Under the pieces are notes generated by a model. The model did no database searches and was not told the DNA's origin. It was given only the letters and a program-made list of their open reading frames with translations. A stretch of DNA of 51,208 nucleotides. Source: Candidatus Nealsonbacteria bacterium (lineage in GTDB: Bacteria; Patescibacteriota; Minisyncoccia; Minisyncoccales; PWPS01). The translations under genes were made by a program, and so were the position numbers. Positions 27,557-35,922 of this stretch are shown here, piece by piece. The stretch is from NCBI GenBank assembly GCA_003551435.1, contig PUMQ01000006.1, forward strand, positions 1 to 51,208, in the 5' to 3' direction. The first letter of the stretch is position 1, and every line of letters starts with the position of its first letter.

Positions 27557-28624
27557 TTATTTTATTATTCCTCCCCCAACAAGTTCTTCTCCTTTATAAA
27601 AAACTGCCGACTGACCGGGCGTAATTGCCCGCTGAGGGGAAGAAAAAATAATTTTCCCCTTTTCTACTACTGCCGTTCGCGCCTTACTTTTGTACCTGAT
27701 TTGCACTTTTGCCTTGAAGGGAAAAGATACCTTCCTCAAAAAATTCCCTTTACCGTAAAATACCTCCTTGGAGAAAAGGTCTTTTTCGTTTTTCGTTACC
27801 ACTAAAATATTTTCTTTTATATTTTTTCTTAATACGTAATAAGGGCCGTGAGAAAGGCCTATTTTTTTTCTCTGCCCTTGCGTGTAATAAAAAAGTCCTT
27901 CGTGGTTTCCTATTACATTCCCTTTTGTATCGACAATTTTCCCCGGAGAAGAAGAAATATTTTTTCCTAAAAAATCAAAAACGTTTTTTTCTATAAAACA
28001 AACCTCCTGGGACTCTTTCTCTTTAGCAGTCGGAAGACTATACTTTTCCGCCATTTTTCGCACTTCTTCTTTTTTAAAATCTCCCAGAGGAAAAATTATT
28101 TTAGGCAGCCACTCTTTTTTAAGATTCCAAAGAAAATACGACTGATCTTTTTCTCTGTCTTTCCCTCTGTAAATAACTCTCTCATCGGATGCTCGCAAGC
28201 TCTCTTTCGGAAGAACGTTTCGGATTTCCCGGCAAAGCCGGACATAGTGTCCAGTAGCGACATAGTCGGCTTCCAGAGTATTAAGCTTTTCCATTAAAAA
28301 ATTAAACTTTACTTCTCTGTTACAGACAACGCACGGATTAGGAGTAATGCCTTTTTTGTAGCTTTCTGTAAAGTAGTTGACCACTTTCTCTTTAAACTCA
28401 TCTTTTAGGTCAAGTATTTCAAAAGGAACGTCCAGCTCAGAGCAGACCTTTTGCGCCCTTTCTTGTGCTTGAGATTTACCGCTCCCGCCTTTTTCTTTCC
28501 AAAGATTCATAAAAACCCCTACCGGAGAAAATCCCTTTTCTTTAAGTAAAAAAAGAGCTACCGAGGAATCCACTCCCCCGGAAATTCCTACCACAACCTT
28601 TCTATTTTCTTTTTTCGTAGTCAT
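27557..28624 (-). CDS. mnmA: tRNA 2-thiouridylase MnmA (CxxC type)
   Basis: SGGVDS, TPNPCVVCN, ATGHY, KDQSYFL, ESQEVCF, YTQGQRK, ITPGQ. Confidence 0.97.
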   Translation of the reverse strand: MTTKKENRKVVVGISGGVDSSVALFLLKEKGFSPVGVFMNLWKEKGGSGKSQAQERAQKVCSELDVPFEILDLKDEFKEKVVNYFTESYKKGITPNPCVVCNREVKFNFLMEKLNTLEADYVATGHYVRLCREIRNVLPKESLRASDERVIYRGKDREKDQSYFLWNLKKEWLPKIIFPLGDFKKEEVRKMAEKYSLPTAKEKESQEVCFIEKNVFDFLGKNISSSPGKIVDTKGNVIGNHEGLFYYTQGQRKKIGLSHGPYYVLRKNIKENILVVTKNEKDLFSKEVFYGKGNFLRKVSFPFKAKVQIRYKSKARTAVVEKGKIIFSSPQRAITPGQSAVFYKGEELVGGGIIK

Positions 28625-28976
28625 TCACCGCTTTTTTAAGCCCCTCAATGGCCAGAGAAGAGCAGTGCACTTTGACCGCCGGAAGTTTTTTAAGCTCTTT
28701 TACCATCTCTTCTTCGGTTATGGAAAGCGCCTCTTTGGGTGTTTTTCCGATAATCATTTCACAAATCACATCGGAAGTGGCAATCGCCGCCGCACACCCC
28801 AGCGTTCGAAAAGAAGCATCAATAATTTTTCCTTCTTTTACTTTAATAAAAACCTCCATCTGGTCTCCACACCGGGGGTTCCCCGCCTTTCCTATACCGC
28901 TGGCATCTTTCATCTCCCCGAAATGTTTTGGGTTTAAAAATCTGTCTATTACTTCTTTTGTGTAGTAGTTTTTCAT
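28602..28976 (-). CDS. iscU: Fe-S cluster scaffold, IscU/NifU-N type
   Basis: GNPRCGD, GCAAAIA, KVHCS; start MKNYYT overlaps the iscS stop. Confidence 0.95.
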   Translation of the reverse strand: MKNYYTKEVIDRFLNPKHFGEMKDASGIGKAGNPRCGDQMEVFIKVKEGKIIDASFRTLGCAAAIATSDVICEMIIGKTPKEALSITEEEMVKELKKLPAVKVHCSSLAIEGLKKAVNDYEKRK

Positions 28977-30118
28977 TTTCCTGATATTTTTCTTAACCTT
29001 TCCACTATCGGAGGAAGTTTTTCCAGAAAATAATCCACCTCTTCTTCTGTTGTGTATCTCCCCAGGGTAATACGCAAAGACCCGTGTGCTCTCTCTCGGG
29101 AAAGGCCGATAGAAAGGAGGACGTGTGACGGAGAAAGAGAGTTTGACGCGCAAGCAGAGCCGGTGGAAACGGCTATTTTTTCGTTATCAAGAGCCATCAT
29201 CAAACTTTCTCCCTCAGCTCCTTCAACGGTAATATTTACGTTATTGGGAAGCCTTCTTTCCCTTTCCCCGTTAAGTTTTGTCTCGGGAATTTCTTTTAAA
29301 ACAAAATCAATAATTCTGTCACGTAACTTTTTTGTTTCTTCCGAATCATTTTTCTTAATCTCTTCTAAGGCAAATCCGAGCCCAGCGAAAGCGAAAACAT
29401 TTTCCGTTCCCGGGTAAAAGCCTTTTTCCTGAGAGGCCCCGAAAAGAATAGGCGACATGGGGGTTTTTTCTCTCACATAGAGCGCGGCCGCCCCTTTCGG
29501 TCCGTATATTTTGTGTCCGCTCATCGTGAGAAGATCTACTTTCAATTTATCAACCTTGCACGGCAAGTAATTTACCGCTTGAACAGCGTCGGTATGAAAG
29601 ATAATTTTATTTCTCCTTTTCTCGTTTTCCTTTTCAATTATTTTCCCGATTTTGCCTATGGGCTGGATTGTCCCTATCTCACTATTGGCATAGCCGATAG
29701 AAACAAGCACCGTGTTTTCTTTTATCGCTTTTTTTACATCCTCTTCTTTTATTACCCCCTCTTTATAAACAGGGAGATAAGTTACCTCCGCCGAAGAGTT
29801 TTTTAACGGCTCAATCACTGCCTTGTGTTCAATAGCGGAAGTCACTACGTGCGGTTTTTCTTTTTTTTGGAGAGCTCCCTGAATCGCTACGTTATTTGCT
29901 ACCGTAGCCGAGGGCATAAAAATAATTTCCCTTTCTTTTGCTCCAAAAAACCTAGCTACACTCTCTCTTGCTCTGTCTAAAGCAAAAACAGCCTCCTGCC
30001 CAAAGGCATGCAAAGAAGAAGGGTTTCCAAACTTCTCCTCTAAAAAGGGAGTAATTTTTTCTGCAACCCCTTTGTCAACCGGCGTAGTTGCCGCATAATC
30101 AAAATATATTTTTTCCAT
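28973..30118 (-). CDS. iscS: Cysteine desulfurase, group I
   Basis: YFDYAATT, HTDAVQ, SGHK, STGSAC; true start MEKIYFD. Confidence 0.96.
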   Translation of the reverse strand: MEKIYFDYAATTPVDKGVAEKITPFLEEKFGNPSSLHAFGQEAVFALDRARESVARFFGAKEREIIFMPSATVANNVAIQGALQKKEKPHVVTSAIEHKAVIEPLKNSSAEVTYLPVYKEGVIKEEDVKKAIKENTVLVSIGYANSEIGTIQPIGKIGKIIEKENEKRRNKIIFHTDAVQAVNYLPCKVDKLKVDLLTMSGHKIYGPKGAAALYVREKTPMSPILFGASQEKGFYPGTENVFAFAGLGFALEEIKKNDSEETKKLRDRIIDFVLKEIPETKLNGERERRLPNNVNITVEGAEGESLMMALDNEKIAVSTGSACASNSLSPSHVLLSIGLSRERAHGSLRITLGRYTTEEEVDYFLEKLPPIVERLRKISGK

Positions 30119-30166
30119 ATTTTTTACTCTCTCATATCCATCTCCGGGACAGACATGGAAAAACAG

Positions 30167-30250
30167 TGCCGGGGGCGGGGCTCGAACCCGCAAGGACTTG
30201 CGTCCACAGCATTTTGAGTGCTGCGTGTTTTCCAATTTCACCACCCCGGC
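30167..30250 (-). tRNA. tRNA-Leu(CAA), CCA not encoded
   Basis: GCCGGGG/CCCCGGC-A acceptor; CAGCA-CTCAAAA-TGCTG; long variable arm; GGTTCGAGCCC. Confidence 0.96.
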
Positions 30251-30263
30251 TTTAAGCCTCAAT

Positions 30264-30292
30264 ATTCTACCTAAAATTCCTTCTCTTGTAAA
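30264..30292 (-). promoter_or_regulatory. Promoter of the tRNA-Leu/thiolation operon
   Basis: TTTACA-N17-TAGAAT. Confidence 0.7.
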
Positions 30293-30317
30293 TCTTCACT
30301 GCCGGTAGAAGTATGTT

Positions 30318-30343
30318 AAAAGCCCGGCAATAAAGCACCGGGC
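30318..30343 (-). terminator. Terminator closing the micro-protein module
   Basis: GCCCGG...CCGGGC followed by UUUU. Confidence 0.7.
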
Positions 30344-30372
30344 CTTTGGGTATTAGTACAACAAATTCTTGC

Positions 30373-30573
30373 TTACTCGTACTGGTTATAGAAATGCGTA
30401 TCCGGGAGACTTCTCGGCATATCTTGCAGCTCTTGCAGTTCCATTTTTACTTTTTCAAGGCGATTCCTGCATCCTCTTATCTCGTATTCATCGCCGTTTT
30501 CTTCTGCTTTTTCAAGCTTTTTTTGGCACAGTAACAGCTTTTCCTGGACGGAGCCTACGTCGTCATTCCTCAT
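30373..30573 (-). CDS. Small helical-hairpin hypothetical protein (paralog 2)
   Basis: MRNDD... 66 aa (or 78 aa from 30609); shares KK[IL]E and G[DE]EY-x8-LEK[LV]K with the upstream ORF. Confidence 0.68.
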   Translation of the reverse strand: MRNDDVGSVQEKLLLCQKKLEKAEENGDEYEIRGCRNRLEKVKMELQELQDMPRSLPDTHFYNQYE

Positions 30574-30601
30574 CCTTTCACCCCTTTCGCAAGTTTTGGT
30601 A

Positions 30602-30808
30602 TCAAGCATCCGGAAAAAATTCGGGAAAACTTTCCTTTAATTTTCTTTCTTGTGACTTGAGTTTTTCTAAATCTATCTCTATGCTTTGCAACAAGTACTC
30701 TTCGCCTGCATTTTTTACTTCTTTATTTTTTAAAGATTTTTTCTTCTTTGCCAACTCCTCTATCTTTTTGCGAGTGCAGGCAATATCTTCTTTGATTACT
30801 TCGTCCAT
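30602..30808 (-). CDS. Small helical-hairpin hypothetical protein (paralog 1)
   Basis: 68 aa with coiled-coil periodicity; AGGGAG upstream of ATG. Confidence 0.72.
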   Translation of the reverse strand: MDEVIKEDIACTRKKIEELAKKKKSLKNKEVKNAGEEYLLQSIEIDLEKLKSQERKLKESFPEFFPDA

Positions 30809-30973
30809 TTTTTATCTCTCCCTTGTTGTACTTTTATAAAAAGAACTAGCTCCTTTTCTTGGTCCCGGAGGAAAAGCGAAAATTACCGAAAGCGCTTTGA
30901 AAGGGTATCGCGCCTTTAAAAAGGTAACGCCCACTTTTCTCTCCAGGCCCGAAGAAAAATCCTCGGGTCTGAA

Positions 30974-31092
30974 GAAAAAAATCCCTTTTTTGAGAAAGGG
31001 AGGTTATGTTAAAGGTAAAAAGCAAACCTCCCTCCCTAAGAAGGGACGAGAATAAGAAGCGCTGCTTTTTTAAAAATTTTTCTCATAATCAT
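30974..31092 (-). promoter_or_regulatory. Candidate translation-coupled transcription attenuator
   Basis: 18-codon leader ORF (31036-31092) plus mutually exclusive 1:2, 2:3 and 3:4+U7 hairpins. Confidence 0.6.
31036..31092 (-). CDS. Putative leader peptide MIMRKIFKKAALLILVPS
   Basis: Starts about 8 nt after the predicted TSS; stop codon lies inside attenuator segment 2. Confidence 0.5.
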   Translation of the reverse strand: MIMRKIFKKAALLILVPS

Positions 31093-31106
31093 TCCGCGAT
31101 TGTCGT

Positions 31107-31134
31107 ATTATATATATTTTTATAATTTTGTCAA
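31107..31134 (-). promoter_or_regulatory. Consensus sigma70 promoter
   Basis: TTGACA-N16-TATAAT. Confidence 0.8.
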
Positions 31135-31158
31135 ATAAAAAGCCTTTTCTTTGGAAAA

Positions 31159-31692
31159 TTACCGGCGAGAGTTCTTTTTACCAATGATTTTGAAAATTTC
31201 ACTAATTACAATGCCTCCAAAAATTCCCACTAAAGCGCCGGCAAAAACGTCAAGCGGCCAGTGCATTCCCGTAATCACCCGGGAAACGCCAGCTATAAAA
31301 GACAAGGCAAATAAAGCGGTTCCGGGCTTTCTGTAATGGAAATAAACAACAGTAGAAAGAGCAAAAAGAAAAGCGATGTGCCCGGAAGGAAAAGAAAGGC
31401 TCTCCTTGTAGGGAAGCAAAAGATTCACGTTTTCCAGCACTTCAAAAGGGCGCAGACGGGGAAAGAAGTGCCTAAGAGGCCAAACCAAAGCATACCGGGC
31501 AAAAAATCCCGCTAAGATAACTTCTCCCGAAAAGAGACCGTATTTTTTCAAATTGCGCAAAGGGAGATAAGCAAAAGGAATAATAAAAAGATAGGGGGTG
31601 ATCTGGGCGAAAAAGAAAAAGAGAAAATCAAGGAAAAAATAATTTCCCGAGAGACTGTTTAGAAAAAGAAAAAGTGATTGCTCAATATTCAT
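31159..31692 (-). CDS. PAP2 family phosphatase (BcrC-like undecaprenyl-PP phosphatase candidate)
   Basis: RLRP, SFPSGH, SRVITGMHWPLDV; ATGA overlap with folD. Confidence 0.92.
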   Translation of the reverse strand: MNIEQSLFLFLNSLSGNYFFLDFLFFFFAQITPYLFIIPFAYLPLRNLKKYGLFSGEVILAGFFARYALVWPLRHFFPRLRPFEVLENVNLLLPYKESLSFPSGHIAFLFALSTVVYFHYRKPGTALFALSFIAGVSRVITGMHWPLDVFAGALVGIFGGIVISEIFKIIGKKNSRR

Positions 31693-32501
31693 TTTGCCAA
31701 ATTGAAAAGATTGGATGCCAAGCAATAAATAGTTAAAGGTCCCACTCCTCCGGGAACAGGAGACAGTATCCCCGCTTTTTTTTCTACGCTTTCTATATCT
31801 ACATCTCCCTTAAGTTTTCCGGAAGCAATGCTTGTCCCCGCATCGATTACTACCGCCCCTTCTTTTATCATGCTTCCTTTGACAAGTTCCGGGACTCCCG
31901 CTCCGGAAACAACAATGTCCGCTTGCTTTGTGTAATAAGCTGCATTTTCCGTATAACGGTTAAGAAGAACAACCGTCGCTCCTTTGTGGGCAAAGAAAAC
32001 CATTAAAGGTTTTCCCACCAAGTCTCCCGATCCGATAAGCGCTACTGTTTTCCCCTTACGCGACACCCCGTATTCTTTAAGAATTATTTCAACCGCTCCT
32101 GCAACCGGTGGAAGATTTTCAAAAGCACCCGAATAAAACTTTCCGCAAGAAAAAGAAGTAAGCGTATCGGCATCTTTCTCGAAGGGAACAGCGTTTAGTA
32201 TCTCTCTTTTGTCAAATTTTTCGGGAAGAGGAAGTTGGATAACTATCCCCTTTTCGGTAAAACGGTTAATTTCTTTTTTAAGGTCTTCCGCGGAAACTTC
32301 TTCCGGAAAGCGGTAAAAAGAAACGGGGATACCGTTTCTTTCCAAGGTTTTCTTTTTGGCGTTTACATAAATATCGGAAACCGGATTTTCTCCAACTTGC
32401 ACTACCGCCAAAGAGAGAGAGGCATTCCCTCTCCTTATTTTCTCCCGAAGTTCTGTAAAATTCTCCTCCGCCAGCTTTTTCCCGTCAACAATTTTGGCCA
32501 T
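31689..32501 (-). CDS. folD: Methylene-THF dehydrogenase/cyclohydrolase FolD (divergent)
   Basis: IVDGK, QLPLP, LVGKP, VIDAG, GDVD, PVPGGVGP. Confidence 0.93.
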   Translation of the reverse strand: MAKIVDGKKLAEENFTELREKIRRGNASLSLAVVQVGENPVSDIYVNAKKKTLERNGIPVSFYRFPEEVSAEDLKKEINRFTEKGIVIQLPLPEKFDKREILNAVPFEKDADTLTSFSCGKFYSGAFENLPPVAGAVEIILKEYGVSRKGKTVALIGSGDLVGKPLMVFFAHKGATVVLLNRYTENAAYYTKQADIVVSGAGVPELVKGSMIKEGAVVIDAGTSIASGKLKGDVDIESVEKKAGILSPVPGGVGPLTIYCLASNLFNLAK

Positions 32502-32517
32502 GCTTTGTGTTTTTTAT

Positions 32518-33774
32518 TTAGGGAATGGGAAATCTTCGGCAAAGATTTTTCACTTTTCCTCTTATCTCCGAGACAGTTTTCTTGTCCCTTTTTTTGATAA
32601 CTTGGGTGATAAAGTCCGCTATTCTTTCCATCTCCTTTTCCTTCATCTTCCTTGTGGTTACCGCAGGAGTTCCCAACCTTATACCGGAAGGGGAAAAAGG
32701 AGGATTCGGGTCAAAGGGAACTGTGTTTTTATTAACCGTTATTCCGGCTTTGTCTAAAAGCTCTTGAGCGTCTTTTCCGGAAATTCCTTTGTCGCGCAAA
32801 TCAACTACCATCAGGTGGTTGTCCGTTCCCCCGGTTACCAAACGAAACCCTTTCTTTACAAGAGAATTGGCCAACGTTTTGCTGTTTTTAATAATCTGGT
32901 GTCCGTATTTTTGAAAGTTTTTCCCAGAAGCTTCTTTTAGGCAAACGGCTACTCCGGCTATCTGGTGTTCATGCGGGCCGGCTTGAGTTCCCGGAAAAAC
33001 GGCTCTGTCAACCTTCTCAATCAAATTTTTGTCTTTTTTAAGACCCTCCTTTGTAACCATAATAATCCCTCCCCTGGGACCTCTTAGAGTTTTGTGGGTA
33101 GTGGTAGTTATAAGATGTGCGTAAGGAACCGGACTAGGATGGTCTCCCGAAATAATAAGGCCTGCGATGTGTGCAATGTCGGCAACAAGATACGCTCCCG
33201 CCAGGTCGGCAACTTTTCTGAATTTTTTCCACTCAAGAACACGGGGATAGGCACTGGTGCTCGCCCAAATAAGCTTGGGTTTTTCTTTTTTTGCAATTTT
33301 CTCCATTTCTTTAAAATCAACTCTCCCCGTTTTCTTATCTACTCCGTAAGAAAGCGCCTTGTAATACCTTCCTGAAAAATTAACACTTGTTCCGTGGGTT
33401 AGGTGCCCTCCCACAGAAAGATCCATTCCCAGCGCTTTTTCACCGGGCTTTAAAACGGCAAAGTAAGCCGCATGATTTGCCGGCGAACCCGAGTAGGGCT
33501 GCACGTTGGCATGAGGAACGTTAAAAAGTTTTCTCGCCCTCTCTTGGCACAAGATTTCTACCATATCAATAAACTCGTTTCCTCCGTAATATCTTTTCTT
33601 GGGATAGCCTTCCGAATACTTGTCATTAAAAATTGTGGCCAACCCCTCAAGTGCCGCCGGAGAGGTGTGGTTTTCCGAGGGAATCATTTCCAAAGTATCC
33701 TCTCTCCTTTTTCTTTCCTTAAAAAGAATGTTGTAAACCTCTCTGTCTTTTTTCTTCAAATTTTTATAGTTCAT
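32518..33774 (-). CDS. glyA: Serine hydroxymethyltransferase
   Basis: SEN, KYSEGYP..RYYGG, GGHLTHG, TTTTHKTLRGPRGG. Confidence 0.99.
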   Translation of the reverse strand: MNYKNLKKKDREVYNILFKERKRREDTLEMIPSENHTSPAALEGLATIFNDKYSEGYPKKRYYGGNEFIDMVEILCQERARKLFNVPHANVQPYSGSPANHAAYFAVLKPGEKALGMDLSVGGHLTHGTSVNFSGRYYKALSYGVDKKTGRVDFKEMEKIAKKEKPKLIWASTSAYPRVLEWKKFRKVADLAGAYLVADIAHIAGLIISGDHPSPVPYAHLITTTTHKTLRGPRGGIIMVTKEGLKKDKNLIEKVDRAVFPGTQAGPHEHQIAGVAVCLKEASGKNFQKYGHQIIKNSKTLANSLVKKGFRLVTGGTDNHLMVVDLRDKGISGKDAQELLDKAGITVNKNTVPFDPNPPFSPSGIRLGTPAVTTRKMKEKEMERIADFITQVIKKRDKKTVSEIRGKVKNLCRRFPIP

Positions 33775-34687
33775 GTTTTTTTTCGAGTTCTTTATACTTC
33801 TCCAGGGCCAGTTTTACTGCTCCCTCCGCCGGATCTTTTTTAAGTAAAATTTGTTTTCCTTCGGGGACAATCTTTTTTGTTTCTTTTTTAAAGCAAGAAA
33901 GAAAAACTTTTGAATTAAACATTCCCCCCGTTAAAACAACCGGAAAGCTCTCTTGAAAATTAAGTTTTTCTACCACCGCCTTTAAGGAAAGAACTGCCTC
34001 TTTTGCCCCTTTTTCTAAAATGGAAATCGCCACCTTGTCTTTCCGGTCTCCCGCTTTTCCTACGGCTATTGATATAAAGGGAACCGATTCCATAAACTTT
34101 CCGTAAACTCTTTTATTAAGCTCTTCTGATGTTTTTATTTTCCACTCTCTAAAAAGAATATCGGAGATTTTTGTTTTTTCTCCTCTCCCATCCAAGCTCT
34201 TCTGGATGGCTCTGTATCCCTCTATTCCCGTATAAAAAGCGGCTCCCTCGTCGGCAAGATACCCCCATCCGCTTGCCTTCTCTTCACGTCCTCTCTTCCA
34301 TCCTCGGGCAACGGCTCCTGTTCCGCAAATTAACACCACTCCGTCTTTTTTATCGGTTCCCGCCCGAAAGGCAGAAAGCTGGTCACTGACTACAAAAACT
34401 TCTCCCTTAAGCCCTTTCTCCCTCAACTTTTTTACAAACTCTTCTTTTCTGTCTTTGTGCTCTTCTTCTACCGCCGCCAGAGCAATACAATAAACGGAAA
34501 CCTCTTTCCCTTTTGATATCTTCCGAATCAGCCGAAAAACATTTTCCGCCGCAACCTCAATTCCCACATTCCGCCAGCTTGAAGAGCCGTTTTTTTCTTT
34601 TCCAAGGACAGTCCCTTTTTTGTCGGCAAGAACAGCCACCGTTTTTGTCCCTCCTCCGTCAACGCCTATAAAGCATGTTTCATTCAT
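33764..34687 (-). CDS. BadF/BadG/BcrA/BcrD-family sugar kinase (GlcNAc/MurNAc kinase-like)
   Basis: GVDGGGTKT, ICGTG, GWGYLADEG, LTGG. Confidence 0.88.
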   Translation of the reverse strand: MNETCFIGVDGGGTKTVAVLADKKGTVLGKEKNGSSSWRNVGIEVAAENVFRLIRKISKGKEVSVYCIALAAVEEEHKDRKEEFVKKLREKGLKGEVFVVSDQLSAFRAGTDKKDGVVLICGTGAVARGWKRGREEKASGWGYLADEGAAFYTGIEGYRAIQKSLDGRGEKTKISDILFREWKIKTSEELNKRVYGKFMESVPFISIAVGKAGDRKDKVAISILEKGAKEAVLSLKAVVEKLNFQESFPVVLTGGMFNSKVFLSCFKKETKKIVPEGKQILLKKDPAEGAVKLALEKYKELEKKHEL

Positions 34688-35882
34688 ATTTTGTGTTTTC
34701 TTCTAAGTTCTCTCTGACCAAGGTATGAGGGTAAATAGTACTCCCATCGGCAATCATCACTCCCGGCATTACGGAAACGTTAGGTCCTATCTTCACTCTA
34801 TTTCCGATAACGCTTCCCATCTTTTTTCTTCCGGTGCTTATCTTTTTCCCTTTTACTTTAGCCCATATAGCGTCTCCCCCGAAAAGAAAGTCAATAAGAA
34901 CCACTCCGGCGCCGACAAGGCAGTTTTCTCCAATAACCGAGTGGCCGATAAAAGCGTAATGAGGGATCCGAGTGCCCGAAAAAATAACGGACTCCTGGAC
35001 TTCCGTCCCGGCTCCTACAAAACAGTTGTCATGAATAGAAGAAGGTCCTTTGATATATGTGTTTGGTCCGATTATGGTATTTTTCCCGATATAAACGGGC
35101 CCCTCTATAACGCTTCCCTTTTTGATAACACTCCCTTCTTCAATTATCAGTTTTCCTTCCACAAAAACGCCTTTTTCAACCTTTCCCTTTCTTCTTGCTT
35201 TGTACATTCCTAAAACTTCTCTCGCCCCCTCAAGAATACTCCACGGATAAGTAATCGGTAGCCAATTTTCCGCCCTTGCAAGATAAAGGGTATTTCTCTC
35301 TTTGATATAATATTTTAAAAAGTCTATTATCTCGTACTCTCCTCTGGAAGATTTCCCAATATCCTTCTCAAAAAAAGATTTATTAAGATAATAACAACCC
35401 ACGTTTATAAGGTTGCTTACTTCCTTCTCCGGTTTCTCCACTATTTCTCTTACAACCCCATTTTCCGCGGAAATCTGCCCGTATCCGGAAGGGTCTTTCA
35501 CCTCCTTTGCCAAAATGGAGGGATTTTTCTTGAGGCATCTTTTTATATCTTCCCGAAGGTAAAGGTCATCTCCGTTTAAAATCAAAAATCTCTCTCCCAA
35601 AAAAGGGAGAGCGACTCTGGCAGCGTGTCCTGTCCCGAGCTGTTCTTCCTGCCTAACATATCTTATCTTCATTCCGGAAAAGCTATCTCCTATCTTTTCT
35701 CTTATAACGCCGTCTTTGTATCCCACCACAATAATTACTTCTTCCACGAGGCCGGAGAGTTCCCTTAAGTTGTGTTCAATTAGGGTTTCCCCCAAAAGGC
35801 GAATAGCCGGCTTGGGCCTTCCCAAAGTAAGGGGCCTTAATCTTGTTCCCCACCCGGCAGATAGAATAACCGCTTTTATCAT
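34680..35882 (-). CDS. Bifunctional sugar-1-phosphate nucleotidyltransferase/acetyltransferase (archaeal GlmU-like)
   Basis: ILSAGWGTRLRPLT..PKP, QEEQLGTGHA, NGD, VEKP, SRGEYE, C-terminal hexapeptide repeats. Confidence 0.88.
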   Translation of the reverse strand: MIKAVILSAGWGTRLRPLTLGRPKPAIRLLGETLIEHNLRELSGLVEEVIIVVGYKDGVIREKIGDSFSGMKIRYVRQEEQLGTGHAARVALPFLGERFLILNGDDLYLREDIKRCLKKNPSILAKEVKDPSGYGQISAENGVVREIVEKPEKEVSNLINVGCYYLNKSFFEKDIGKSSRGEYEIIDFLKYYIKERNTLYLARAENWLPITYPWSILEGAREVLGMYKARRKGKVEKGVFVEGKLIIEEGSVIKKGSVIEGPVYIGKNTIIGPNTYIKGPSSIHDNCFVGAGTEVQESVIFSGTRIPHYAFIGHSVIGENCLVGAGVVLIDFLFGGDAIWAKVKGKKISTGRKKMGSVIGNRVKIGPNVSVMPGVMIADGSTIYPHTLVRENLEENTKYE

Positions 35883-35922
35883 ATTTTTGAACCAGTTTTA
35901 AACGTCAGGTATTGGTTGCTTT

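Noticed and set aside
28977-29153. N-terminal extension of the IscU ORF
   Set aside because: It overlaps iscS in another frame; the ATGA-coupled start at 28976 fits better.
30119-30262. N-terminal extension of the 429-aa IscS ORF
   Set aside because: It reads through tRNA-Leu; the conserved protein begins at MEKIYFD (30118).
31036-31092. Leader ORF as a type I toxin
   Set aside because: The hydrophobic run of about 8 aa is too short for a TM helix, and the attenuator geometry explains it better; not fully excluded.
30809-31100. Structured region as tmRNA, RNase P RNA, T-box or a known riboswitch
   Set aside because: No tRNA-like ends, no RNase P P4 consensus, no UGGNACC T-box bulge and no aptamer consensus that I recognise.
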